DNA of 64,000 nucleotides. Origin: Dicyema japonicum (lineage: Eukaryota > Animalia > Dicyemida). The position numbers and the translations under genes are program-made. Under the pieces are notes generated by a model that saw only the letters and a program-made list of their open reading frames with translations, was not told where the DNA came from and did no database searches. Position 1 is the stretch's first letter. Every line of letters begins with the position of its first letter. Location of the stretch: assembly GCA_011109175.1 (NCBI GenBank), contig RDEW01000028.1, forward strand, positions 525,000-588,999, in the 5' to 3' direction. This document shows positions 24,501 through 36,704 of the stretch, piece by piece.

Positions 24501-24727
24501 GCTATGAAGACTTCCGGATCCTACTCCCCCTCTACATTCGAGTTTTTCGGACGTCTTGGAAACCAGATCACCTCATGCACTGGAGATCTCCGTGAACGCC
24601 GCTGGCTATTTGAGCGAATTTCGCTCGCAATTTTGAGTGGGAACAGCCACGCAGTGAGGGCGGCAACTACCTGACTTCTATTGTTTAAATTTATATTCTT
24701 AATTAACAATAATTTTAAAAAAAATCC
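21570..24727 (+). mobile_element. Near full-length CRE-clade non-LTR retrotransposon: PHD finger, RT, CCHC, RLE; a few frameshifts; ~25-bp TSD
   Basis: ORFs 21750-22217 (C4HC3 PHD), 22351-23304 (LDIKNAFN, QQGDPLGP, WYLDD) and 23289-24674 (HPLACRR..RH, DGKRPDG, LVWDVTC, RISLAILSGN); A tail; TSD gagacaaaaaa(a)tcgcattt(t)cagc at 21487-21511 and 24728-24752, single at the empty site 49988-50012. Confidence 0.93.
21605..21745 (+). repeat. 34-bp tandem repeat (~4 units) in the 5' UTR of the CRE element
   Basis: Unit attttcgcctattgagattattc(t/c)cctattcttg. Confidence 0.8.
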
Positions 24728-25689
24728 GAGACAAAAAAATCGCATTTTCAGCATAAATTTACTAAAAGGAATATTTAAAAAGACATATCTTATAAGAAAT
24801 TGGGAAACAAAAATAGCTAAAATCTGTAAATATAGCGCGGCTGATGTCATCCTTATACTCAAGATCATCTTCATCATACAAAGACAGATTATAAAAGAAT
24901 GTAAACACGTGCCTAAACAAAATCAGTTCGATAGACTTTAGACAAGGATTTCATACTTATCAACTTTTGAATTGCTTCCTCTTTTCTGTCGAACGGAAAC
25001 ACTAAAAAGGTTTACTGTTTTGCTGTTAAATGCAGGTTAACTCAAATCCACAAAAAACGTTTATGCTTTTTATATCGACAAGTTGTTAATTGGTCGAAGG
25101 GTTTAGCGGTGATGCTCTGGTGCACCATGGCATGTCTCTAGTAGATTTAATGTCTTCATCTCATGGTGGATATAACTTCTCATCCGTCTTCTTAGTAGCT
25201 CAAGAGACCCTGGAAACCCAAAGTTTTTGAAATAATAGAGCACCGGATATTTGTTTTGGCGGAAACTTTTTCAAAAAATTCATAGTGATTATTTTTATTT
25301 TCCTATCCTCAGTACGCCAAAGACGAAAGAAATAGTAAACGAGTGATTGACCCAAATTCCTAGGTTCTTGACACTGATACAACATTATTATTACAACGTA
25401 GAACCAGAACGCGAATCCATCCTTATGAAGTAGGTAATAATTAAAGTAACTTCCGAAGGAATGGCGTAGAGAAGGTAAAATAATTTTTTTTCGGTTTCAC
25501 GTGACATAGGTGGACGACTTGGGCATAAGTATAGAGTGAACTACTTCGGGTTAATAATATTGGGAATAATGTAAAGAAAAGCCTCAACCAATGTGAATCA
25601 AACCCATACCTCGCCCAAACTACCAACTATAGTCCAACCTAGAAATGAGGAAAAATTCCCCAATTTTGAGGTTTTCCCCAAAAATGATT

Positions 25690-26075
25690 ATTATTATTAA
25701 AAGCACTTTCACAAAACCAAAGAACGTATATTAACTAAAGTTTCGTTTGTGCCACACGTTTCAAAATCTGCTTCACTAAGCGTCCCCATCGGCCTCTGCT
25801 TTGCGCATATGTCCTTAGATTTCTAGGTCTTCTGCAGATTTAAGTTTTCTTCCAATTCCATTAAGATCCTTGTTCAGAGCCACGGGTAGAGTTACTCTGG
25901 GTCTTCCTCTGAACGATGGTTTGTTTTCATTGTTAAAGTAATTGTCCATTATTATATTTGCAGGGGCGTTTATGTCCATTCTAAGCACGTGCCCAAACAG
26001 TCTCCATCTTGATTCAATAATGTCATGTGTGAAATAGACATAATAATTCAAGAACCACGTCACCAGTTCAACCAA
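25690..26075 (-). mobile_element. RTE-clade LINE 3' end
   Basis: RWRLFGHVLRMDINAPA..RGRPRVTLPVALNKDL; (TAA)n tail; absent from duplicate copy 2. Confidence 0.75.
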
Positions 26076-26084
26076 AAATGATAG

Positions 26085-26350
26085 GTGTCAGGCAAAGTGA
26101 CTTAGGTTGCGGGTTCGATTCTAGCTGCTGTTCACCTGATGGAAGGTTTCACGCATCTACGATGCTAAAAAGGCGTGACTAGTGACTCAATCATCAGTGG
26201 ACTCTCACTACGGAACTGGATAGTAAAAAAAGGACCCACACACAAGAAAAAGAAAATAGAAGTGAAGATCATTCCTTGGTTATACGATTAGTTAAAATTA
26301 ACTGTTCTTTACTTAAATAAAGTGTGTGTCCTGCCTATGCGGAGCTATAA
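26085..26350 (+). mobile_element. tRNA-derived SINE family B
   Basis: B-box GGGTTCGATTC at ~26110, family B core and tail. Confidence 0.65.
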
Positions 26351-26589
26351 ATACCACGGCTCCGAGAAAAAGGCTGTTATTAATATATGTATTAAAAAGG
26401 ATAAATCATTAGATTTTTATTTATTGATAAACAAAATCTGTCATTTTCATGTTTTTTTTCGTTTCATGTTACTACTGAAATTTGGAAAACCATCCGAGAC
26501 GCCTCAAGAGAGGATGAAAGATCGTCCGAGGTGGATCACAGCCAAAAGGAATTAAACAACCTAATAAAATACTATGTGAAAATTTCCCA

Positions 26590-27085
26590 TACAGTTTCAT
26601 ACAGATCGGTAGCGTTATTGTGTTCGATGTCGAAAATTCTGAAAAGACTGGTTCTTGCGAAAATCAAAAATTTCTTCCCGGACTTGTCATTTCAATATGG
26701 TTTCAAAAAAGAGGTCTACTTCGACCCACTTATCTGCATGACTAACTTTATACAATATGTTTTTTCGCACAGCCCGGGACACATGAAGACTGTACTTTGC
26801 TCCATAGACGTCCACAAAGCTTTTGACTCTGTGTCAAGGAGGATTCTTACTTGGAAAATTTACCAAACAAAGATCCCTAGAAAGCTCATATTCTGGCTAG
26901 CCAACTTCCTTAGTGGTCGGAGGGGACGCGTCTGCATTGGCCAGTCAAGATCTATTTCACGGCTTCTCCCTAATGGGGTTCCTCAAGGATCCGCTTGTCT
27001 CCAGTTTTATTCAACTTATTCATGGCGGACCTCCCCACTCCAGACTCCGAAAATGATATTCTTCTAACTTATGCCGACGACAAGC
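26590..27085 (+). mobile_element. Ingi/Vingi-like LINE RT fragment (part of the duplication)
   Basis: SIDVHKAFDSV..NFLSGR..GVPQGS; near-identical to the minus-strand ORF 47888-48349. Confidence 0.8.
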
Positions 27086-28510
27086 CTACAAGGCACTGCT
27101 AACAGATTCTCGGAGCTACAGTGGGACACTAGTAGATAGTGATCACAGATTGGTTGTGGCACGTTTCCTTTTCAAACGATATTTTGGGGCTGGCATGAGG
27201 ATATCTGAGGGGAGGTTCGCAGTAGAGCAACTCTGCATGGTGGGACCGACTCGGGAAAGCTATCAAAATGCATTGAGAGAAAAGATCAGACAGTGGAATA
27301 AAGAAAAAATGCCTGGGGGGCTGTGGCAAGACACCATCGATGCAATAAAGTGCGCGGCCCATTCAACAGTTGGAGTAAAACCGAAGCATTTCAACGGACA
27401 CTATGACCACGAGCTTGAAGAACTATCCAAATTGCAAAGGAACCTACGTTACAGGTCGAAACCTGTCAGGACCAGGCAAAGGAACACACTCTAAGAGTCA
27501 TGCGGAACCAAACCCTGTATAAAATAAAGAAAAGAACTAGGGAAATAAAGGAAAATAAACTTGTGGAATGGCTAAAGAAGTAGAAAGGCACAAAAACGGA
27601 GCGCAGCTGTTCAAGGCTGTTCACCTACTACATAGAGACACGCAGTCATCAAAAATCACAATACATGATCAGTTTGGAAAGACTATGTTAAAACAAAAAT
27701 GAATTTTTATCGGCCATATCCAACCATTATCAGCAGGCCTTCAATCAAAACCACGGGGAAAACATCAAACAATTCAATGATGAAGCAAGAGAACTAAATT
27801 TTCCGATAACGATGCACTGACCGAGATCTGCAGAACTTCTCAAATATGCACTGACCGAGATCTCTGAGCTATTAACTGAGATATACAACAAAACATTCAA
27901 ATACAACTCACCACTGGATGTGGGTAATCGCACACTAATTGCACTACAAAAACCGGGCAAAGCTAAAGGCCCCTTAACGAATTAAAGACCCATCGTACTA
28001 TTGACGACTCTACGCAAGACACTATCACTTATAGTGCTGAACAGGATTGGACCTGACATCGAGAACTTTCTCTCTCACGGTCAAAGCGGATTCAGGTCAG
28101 GGAGATCTACAGCTGATGTGCTCTGGGGACATCGATGGCTTTGTGCAACACATCAAAATTACAAGGGGGCTACTGGCAAAGCCTTTGACTCTATACACAG
28201 AGGGAGACTTTTGGATATCTTGGAGAAGTTGGTTGACGAGGACAGTGTCAAAATGATCCGTCTATTACTTGAAACAACGCAGCTAAGTGTACTTTTTGGA
28301 AATTTGAGTCTGTCCCATTCGAGACAACGTTCGGGGTACCGCAGGGAGATTCCTTGTCACCGGTACTTTTTGTGACATATCTGGAGGCGGCACTCAGATA
28401 CTTCAGGCTATTAATTGGCGATCTACCTCAAACTGAAGTGATTTATGCAGATGATATCGACTATATATCCAGCGACGAGAAAACATTCGACTATATACGG
28501 ACAAGGATTT
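27085..28510 (+). mobile_element. RTE-clade LINE, decayed (APE end to RT motif 5)
   Basis: SDHRLVVA, GQSGFRSGRSTAD, AFDSIHR, SPVLFVTYLE, YADDIDY. Confidence 0.8.
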
Positions 28511-28514
28511 TGGA

Positions 28515-28885
28515 AGCTATCCAGAAATCCAGCGTTCCGTGATTTTGGAGGCTCTTTTCCGGCTAGCCTCGATTTTCAAGACATTCGTCCAAGAGATGAA
28601 TGGGCCCCATATACCACATGCAAAGAGATATATGTTTCAATGAATTGTTCATATACAGAGCTCAAAACAGAATGCTTTTCGATCGTTCATAAGCCTGTGA
28701 GGCATATGATCATTAGTTTTCTTTTCGCATTCCGTAATTACGTTTTCAACATGAGGCGAGAATGACATATGCATGTCAAAAGTCACCCCGATCTTTTCGA
28801 GGTTTTTTTGCAATCTCAAAGTGGCAATCTGGATGTCCTGATCACGTGACGCAATGACGATGTCGTCGGCATATTCGAAGAACCA
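28515..28885 (-). mobile_element. Ingi/Vingi-like LINE fragment
   Basis: Closely matches 47620-48020 in the same orientation (YADDIVIASRDQD). Confidence 0.75.
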
Positions 28886-28899
28886 AAAATGTAATTTAT

Positions 28900-29215
28900 T
28901 TAATTAAGGTTCCGCTTGTGCCGCATTTTTCTTCAGGTTATTTTTTCTCCCACAATTTTCTTAACTAACTTCCTTCATGCTCCACGGTTACTGGCAATTA
29001 TTCTGAGCGTATCCAGATCATCTCCTGTTTTCAGCTTTCGTCTTATATAGGTCAGATCCTTTTGTAGAACCTCTGGCAAAGTTATGCGAGGTCTTCCACG
29101 GAACGAGGTATTCACTTCTGGGCAGAAATAGTTCTTCATTGCTATTTTAGCAGGCGTCATCTTGCTCATCCGAAGGATGTGACCAAACAGACGCCATTTT
29201 GATTCAAGGATATCC
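28900..29215 (-). mobile_element. RTE-clade LINE 3' end
   Basis: KWRLFGHILRM..RGRPRITLPEVLQKDL..SNRGAW. Confidence 0.75.
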
Positions 29216-29309
29216 AGGTCCCTGCTAGAGCGTGCTGGGATCACGTGATTAGTTAGTTTGTGTAATCGTGGTCTCTGGTGTTATTATTTGAAATTCAAAC
29301 AATTTATTA

Positions 29310-30360
29310 CGGAAAAAGTGAGCAAATGGTCATATAGCGGCCGCCCTGACTACGTGGTTATTCCCTCTCAGGATGGCGAGCGAGATTCTCTCGAATAACT
29401 AGCAGCGCTCGCGGTGATCTCCTGATCGTGTATAAGTCCGATTGTTAGACGACTCTAGAATTCCAGTTTCGCAGGTGCAAGGGTTATTGTTTTGTTTATT
29501 GTTTACAAGACAACTTACGGAAAGAAAGAGCAAATTTTAAAACAAAAATCAGAATAGCCATACGTCTGAGAACAAGCAATAAAATAATCGACCACATTAA
29601 AGTAATTGAAAGCCTTAACGAGGTTAATGAGGTCGTTAGAAAAATTAGAGGCAAAGTACTGAATCAGCCAGTAACTTTGCGGGACGATTAAGAGAGAAAA
29701 GTCGTGGATCAATTTGAAGCGGCGGAGCTTATCGCTGACCAGTTCGAAAATTTATTCAAATGGAACGATCACGGTATTATGACTGCTCCAGAAGGGGGCA
29801 AACTTCAAGAGAAAATAACCCCACAAGAAGTATAGGTAGTAAGCTCAAATTTGAAAAAATGTCAAGAGCCCTACCCGGACGGTCTCAATGGCGAATTCTT
29901 CAAATATCCAACCCAAAAACTGCATGAAAGCATCGCCCGTGTCTTAAACGGAATGTACAGAACCTACACCACCCTACCATTGGGAGAGGGGACTCTGATA
30001 CCCGTTCAGAAAGCTTACAGACAAAGGGAACACGTTTAGAAGATATTGGCAAATATAATCCTACAGAGAATGGAGAGTCGGTTAGACTTATATCTGTCTC
30101 TTACCATAGTGGCTTCCGTAAGGGCAGATCGACCTCTTGGATGTTATGTGAAGCCACAAGTCGAGATGCGCAATGGTCCAAAGGTTCAGAGTGGGATTAA
30201 CATGTCAATGGTTTTCGACTCGGTAAATTGGCGGAAATTATTACAAGTCCTTGATAATTCCACAGTCAGGCTAATTAAGACACTCCCAAAGGACACGTAC
30301 CTGAATGTGAGACCAATGGTCCGGACAGTTGTTGATAAGATGGTACATGTAAGTTGCAAG
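29310..30360 (+). mobile_element. Structured motif C followed by a decayed RTE-like ORF
   Basis: Motif C at 29337-29410; downstream PDGLNGEFFKY, GEGTLIPVQK, FDSVNWRKL. Confidence 0.6.
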
Positions 30361-30437
30361 TAAAAAGTCTACCCCCGGGCAGCGGTAAGTTGTCTAACGA
30401 CCGATCCGCGGCAACAAAAAGGTTGGGAACCACTTTT
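30360..30437 (-). mobile_element. Solo hAT-type terminus
   Basis: Reverse complement agtggttcccaacctttttg is a Charlie/Buster-type TIR; a similar end (cagtgattcccaacc) lies at ~33918-33932. Confidence 0.4.
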
Positions 30438-31045
30438 TTAAAGTTAAAAGTTGTAAGAACATCCGAGAAGTAGATAGTCTGGTTAACGTCTTACAGGAAG
30501 AAGTGGTGGGAACCTCCAAGAAGTAAATAGTCTGGAAAATATTTTACACAAAGAAATTTTGAAAGCCTAAAAAATATTATTGGTCTCATCTTATGACATC
30601 AGGCCACTAGACTCCACCTGATATCAGACAGTGTCAAATTAACCACAAATAGATAATTCAATAAACAGAAAATAAATTGGATTATGTAAAGCCGGGTGGC
30701 GCCACGTGGTGTTATGTGGCTAACTGGTTAAAAATTTAACTTCCTTCCTTCTGATGGCCTCATTAAATACATCTTAGTAAGGAGACACCCAAGCATAGCC
30801 GGCATTCCAAATACCCTTGGTCTTAAAAATAATTTTATTTAATTCGAAAAACTCATTAAAAACAATCAACCGAGGGTTATACAGTGATCGTCCTGACTGC
30901 GTGGCTTTTCCCTCTCATAATAACGAGCAAGATTCGTTCAAATAGCCTCCAACTTATCAAATTGATCAAAAATGTTTAGAATACTCGAAAATTAACTATA
31001 TTAGCAAAAATTAATAATTAGCCGAAATGAGTGGTTAATCAAAAT

Positions 31046-32282
31046 TCACTTGAGGATACATCCGCGTTCACCTGAATTAGGGACGGGGGAATCATAGACG
31101 TGATCATACAGCTCACTTGGGTCAGGAAAGGGGTCATCCAATGCTTTCTTGACGTCCTCAGCAATAGATCGCTTAACTCTTTTCTCAATTGCCTAGTGGA
31201 AGTTAAAAATTCCAATACATTCAATTCATCATTAGTGGACATAGAAGAACTCACAAGCTTCTCACGAAATTGTAAAATTGGGTCAGAATTTTTCCTCACT
31301 GACTGAACCTCATCTCGGGATCGATAACTAACATAATCATTATCCTAAACCTTGTTCCAGGATCGCTCATACTGTGGCCAAAATATCGATATGTGTCCAT
31401 TTCTACGACAATGGGTCCTTTTCCGCTTCTACAGTGGTCAACAGCAAATCTCATCCCTTCAATAACTGAGGCCAAGTCCATCCCATCAATCTAAAATAAA
31501 CTTCAGAGTTCACACCCAAATTCCAGGAACATAGTCACCTCGGGTGTAATAATCGGTACAGTATGAAGCCCTTCCACTGAAGGTCCCATTCCGTATCTGT
31601 TATTCTCGCAGACGAAAATACACGGAAGCTTCCAGAGCATGGCCATATTGTAGGTCTCAAAAACCTGTCCTTGATTTGCTGCTCCGTCTCCGTATAGATT
31701 CACGCACACCAAGTCTTCCTTATTGTACTTAATAGCGAAAGCCAAACCAGCTCCGATTGGAACCTTTCTTTAATAAATCAATAAACTTGGGCTCCGACTA
31801 TTCCGTTCCCTCCTAAAAGATTTTTGTGTACATGTGCATTGATCCCCCTTTTCCCAGAGAGCACCCAGTTTTCCGTCCCATGAGCTCGGCAAATATAGAA
31901 TGTGGGGTAAGTCCTCTCAGATAGGCAAATCCGTGAACTCTGTATGCTGTAGTAATTTTGTCGTCGGGTCGAAGGATGTTTTCTATGCCAACTGCACATG
32001 CTTCCTAAAATATCAAAATAGTTAGACTTGTCCGGAATATAAGTGTAGAAATCCTTTAATTAGTTTTTCCTTGTACAGACTAGCGGATTCCGACTCGATT
32101 CGTCGTATAACTACCATTTGTTCGAACATCCTCAAGGCATCATCCCTCGTTATAGTGCATTCATCTGAGGGGGATGTTTCCAGTCTATGGAACTTGTAAG
32201 GCTGCGTTTTGAATGTGTATTGTGCCACAGGTGCTGAAAGACATCGTCGGACTGAACCCGTCAGAGAACGTAAAGAGAGCAT
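31046..32282 (-). CDS. PDHA1: Pyruvate dehydrogenase E1 alpha subunit, mitochondrial; 5 introns of 23-26 nt; one -1 frameshift near 31573
   Basis: [63 protein letters not shown]. Frame is restored by adding one A in GAA-[A]GG-GCT, giving [19 protein letters not shown]. Confidence 0.95.
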
Positions 32283-32427
32283 TAGCGACGAAAACTGTTG
32301 ATATATTTTTTAATAATAAAAGAGAAATATTAATAAAGTCAAATAAAAATATATTTAATGAGTTTTCAATATTTTACAATGCCTTAAGAATTAAGCAGTT
32401 CTTTAGTTTTCGAATAGATCATTTTAC

Positions 32428-32670
32428 CAAGGTAGCATGGTGGTTAGTACTGCTCTTCGTGCAGCTTCTAGCTATTGGCTCGATTCCTACACCATTACAA
32501 TTCTGTTCTGGTATATATTCCTATGAGGCGTCATGTGATCCACAAAACTTAGGAGACGCCCAGTACCTGGGCGACATTCAAAAAGGACTCACAATGGTGA
32601 ATATGGAAGGGCGTGATGCTTAGAAAATATGATTCCTATTCTGGCCCTGCCTGAGAATGGGATGTATCCT
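32428..32670 (+). mobile_element. tRNA-headed SINE carrying motif A
   Basis: A-box TGGTGGTTAG, B-box GGCTCGATTCC, then GGCGTCATGTGATCC..GACGCC..AAAAAGGACTCAC (32527-32592). Confidence 0.55.
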
Positions 32671-34047
32671 AATTAACATAAAAATCCATTAGAACCAATC
32701 GAAATAAAAATTACTACGGTGGCTAATTCAGAGATTTCTGAATTGAATTGTGTATTTTTAGTTAAAAACGTTGATATTTTAAAATCATAAAATGGAAAAA
32801 GCCACTCAATGAATAGAGTGGTTTTTATTGATTTTTTGCTATTTTTAATTATCAAAAAACTTTATTAATATTTAAAATTAAAAAAAATTATTTGATTTAT
32901 GCACATGGTTTCAAAGTTTAGATTGAACAAGGATGAGTTGCGCCAGATACTCGGGTATTCAGAAAATGGATTTCTTGATACGTCGCTTTCCAGAAAATGC
33001 AGCAGCATTTGGAGACTTGCCTTGTTTTCGATGATGATGAAGGCTATTAAAGGTCAACAAGTTTATTATAGGATTAGAGCAGTGATTCATTTCAGAGATT
33101 TTTTTGTGAAAAAGAAGCAGCAGAATAAAATGATTGTTTTGAATGATTGTACATTTTTGTAAAAAATTTTTCATCTTTTTTGGCTTAATGTGGAGATTAT
33201 ATTTAGGTATTGATTATGGTTGAGATTAGTTATTGATTATGATTGAGATTAAGTATTGATATTAGTTATTGATTATAAAGGACCTCTTTGGAGTTTTTAT
33301 CGTCGTTCTAGTATAAGTTCTTCAACAGGCATAGACTCGAAAATAGATATTATTTTGTCTATTCAGTTTGTTATAGCCTGTTCGCCATCATTCTCATGCA
33401 GGTTCGATTCTGGTTGCTGAACAGCTTTGAGAGTTCCTTGTCCAATTGAGTCCTCTGCCTATATTTTTTAAAATTAATTTTTTTTAATTTTATTTTTAAA
33501 TCATTAAAAATCGACACAATAAGATTTTCAATTTTAACAAACTTAAATCATATCTAAAAACTCATAATATTGTCTCTGCGATAGCCATGTTAGGCAAATA
33601 TTGTGCATTCATGAATTTTTAGAAGAAAAATGCCAACGTGCGATATTAATTCTTTGTATTTGACAGAAGCACAATTTAGTCACGATAATTTATCGGTTGA
33701 ACTGCATGAAAATATAAATATTGTAATTCGAATAATTTATAAAATAAAATAGCAAATTCGATCGTCTTTTCCATGAATATTGTCTTGAACAGGGAGCACA
33801 TCTGATGGAGAAGAAGCGTAATAATTTTAGTATCTATAAAAAAGGAGACATCAGAATTGCTCTTACTAAAAGAATCTCAAATATAAAGCATCTGATAATG
33901 GAGAGCGATATGAAAAAAGGTTGGGAATCACTGATCTAATATCTTATTTCAGCATATTATCCCTTTAGTTCTATGGAATACACTAAAAGGTGTTTTTTAT
34001 TAAGAATTTTATTGTATCCATCTGTAGTAATTATCATATGACTAATC

Positions 34048-34720
34048 TGTCATTTGATTTGTCCTTCATCTCTTTTAAACGTCTTGATCAAGGGGTTTAA
34101 TTTTCCTAATATCTTCCCAAGAACCTCCTTAGGGTTCTTGAATCCTGATGCCTCATTTCCTGCGGAAAAATAATAGACACCCTTCTGGAATACTGCATTG
34201 GCGTCTCCGGACTTTATTCGTAGTTTCCAAACACTTATCCCTTTCATCACTAAGATACCAGTAGTGTGCAGCGTAGATGAGTAAAGGAAATATCATGACG
34301 TGAACACTTTGACCCAGACATCTCGGTTCAAGTGAAAAGTAGGAAGAACGTATAGACATTGTACAACCTACCTCTTAATAAAAACCGTGTGGTCAAGGAA
34401 ATTATATTTTGAGTTATTTTGATATGTTGCCTCAAAGACCTCAATTGAAAACTCAATATCAATCCGAGTGAGTTAGATGGCCACGTGGATATTTAAATTT
34501 ATTAATCGAAGTATGTCTAACGTTGTATTCATAGATGGGCACCATAAATCCACCGTATATCTCTTTATTGTCAAAATGACATCTATTGGTAGAGAAATCC
34601 AAGGAAGAGACTAAAACTCACCCAATACATTGAGATCTTATGGAAAAATTCTCATTAACTCAAAGATCTTCAAAGTCACAACAGAGTCACATTTGGTTTA
34701 AATAATGCGAATGACCATCG
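34048..34720 (-). CDS. Possible unidentified micro-intron gene or pseudogene
   Basis: Less AT-rich than its flanks; open segments and GT..AG 21-mers such as gtgtctattatttttccgcag; no family recognised. Confidence 0.25.
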
Positions 34721-35278
34721 GCTGACTATTATTTTACTTTGATGGTTTCATTATCATTATTAATATTGATTTATCTAGGAATGAGAGCTGATCACATTGT
34801 CTTTCCTAGCATATCTGGTTTGAACATTAATAATACTGCACTTTACCAAGAGCCATATTATCTATAGCTCCTCCAGGCAAAACACACAAATTATTTAAGT
34901 AAAGAACAATTTGAAAGGTGTAATAAACATTAATAAAAAGAAAAAAATTTAAACTTTTCCTAGACATAACTCCTTTCCTTCATAACTGTTTGTAGTGGCT
35001 ATAATCACAGGAAACACCGAGAAAGAAGGTAATAGAAACCGAACTAATTAAGTGACCCCTTCTCCATAATCGCCTTTGCTATTTTCATCCTTGCCCATCA
35101 AGGGACTCCAGTAATGTGATTGAATATAGCCAGCCGTCTCAACTTCTGAGAAAAGAATTACTGTTAAATTAATTAAGTTTAAAATGAATCTAAATCATCT
35201 AAAAATTATTAATTATTTAAAAAAACTAAAAATTTATGTAATAAAATTACAAAATAATACCGCTAAACTTTTCTTGTC

Positions 35279-36274
35279 ATGTCACAATCTAACGATGAAG
35301 AATATGAAATAGAAAAAATTGTCGATTTTAAGGAACGAAAGGGAGTCAAATATTATAAAATCAAATGGTTGGGCTATGGAGAGTATACAAACTTATTGAT
35401 TTATCTAGGAATGAGAATTCATGGGTCTGCGAAACTGACATAAGTTCTAATGATTTAACTTCAAAATTTGAGGCTGAGTACAAACGTAAAAAAGATTTAA
35501 TCAAAGCAAAAAAGGCCAATAATGTGGCAGCCTCAACAAAGGCTCTGCGAAGCCAAAAGAAACTGTCAGTATAAAGAATGGGAATAAAATCGATAAATCC
35601 ACCAAACCCGACCAAAATGTTTCCAAGTCTAAAGAAGGAGTGCCCAAAAAGGCAGGAAAGAACGAATACGCCGAAAATGAGACTCTCGTTACTGAAGAAA
35701 AACAGTCAAAGCTCTCAGTCGAAGCGGAAAGTGTTACAGCTGTGGAATATGTCAAAAGACCCAGAAGGTCCTCGTCTGTTCACGTTGAGAATCCTCCTAC
35801 TGAAGGATCTCTACTAAGAAACCGATCCTCATCAAAAAAAAGTTCCCAAAGAATCAGGAGTACCAGAAAGACCAGTAATTTGTCGAAAACGGAGTCAAAG
35901 GGAAAGTCTCTAGCCCCAAAGAAATCATCCCAGCCTTCAAAGTCCTCACGGAAGGGTAAAGGCTTGCAAAAGTCGGAGAATACTGAGGTTGAGTCAAAAA
36001 TGGTTGGTTTTGTTGATTTTTTGTAGGATGTAGAGATTATTGATAGTTCCGTGGCCGTGAATAACTGGATTAATAAGAGACTGACCCCTGAGAAGGTTAT
36101 CAACCACGAGAGGACTTCATTTGGATTGCAATATCTGATAAAATGGTTGGTTTTTACTGTAAACTCAGGGTTGACTCCAATCAAGCCGCTTTTGTGAATT
36201 CTCAGGTGTCTCGTGAACTCTGTCCGTCCTTGGTGATCGATTATTTGATCACTCTTGTGAATTTTGAAGATTAG
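35279..36274 (+). CDS. HP1: Heterochromatin protein 1 (chromodomain, long basic hinge, chromoshadow); 3 introns; one -1 frameshift near 35540
   Basis: EEYEIEKIVD..YKIKWLGYGENENSWVCE and LTPEKVI..LQYLIKWVDSNQAAFV..LCPSLVIDY; the frame is restored by one extra A in aacaaa[a]ggc. Confidence 0.88.
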
Positions 36275-36704
36275 TCTTAGTTTTATGATTTTAATGTTGA
36301 TTATTTGTTTGATTCATGGCTTTCCTAGCATATCTGGTTTGAATGGGTCAGATTTTAGGTTTTTAATCTGATTGCATCGTTTCAGGACAGTTAGATTAGT
36401 GGTTAGTAGCTTAGAGGTGGGGATGTGCTTTGTTGTGCGAAATGTCTTAATCGCTATTGGTGAAAGGCCTCGTCTTGACGGATTTAGGAGACACAGAATG
36501 GTCGGATGCATAAAGTTTTTGGATTCTAGTCTAGTCCTCCGCAAAACTTGGAGTGATTTGGACAAGGACTATTTGTCGGAATCTGCAGGTTGTAGAAATG
36601 GGATACCGCTAATTAAAATTGATTTTGTCGTTTCTTGTATTATGTGACATTTACGGCTTTATTATTACGAAATACGTTGAATTGATTTATTAATTCCGGA
36701 TACA

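Larger units (their letters stand above)
20130..27085 (+). repeat. Inverted segmental duplication, copy 1 (~3.4 kb of shared sequence plus later CRE, RTE and SINE insertions)
   Basis: 20130-21512, 24752-25690 and 26378-27085 are colinear with the reverse complement of ~48000-51365. Confidence 0.85.

Noticed and set aside
21570-24727. Site-specific CRE insertion into a spliced-leader RNA gene
   Set aside because: The empty site (49988-50012) shows no SL exon, donor or Sm-site pattern, and the other CRE copies have unrelated flanks.
32428-32500. Functional tRNA gene
   Set aside because: A and B boxes are present, but I could not fold a full cloverleaf, and it continues into a repeat body, so it is treated as a SINE head.
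32899-33162. ORF as a real gene
   Set aside because: No recognisable motif and no consistent splice model; left uncalled.
35540-35575. Programmed ribosomal frameshifting in HP1 and other genes
   Set aside because: No shared slippery-site/stop context across the sites; homopolymer indel error explains them more simply.
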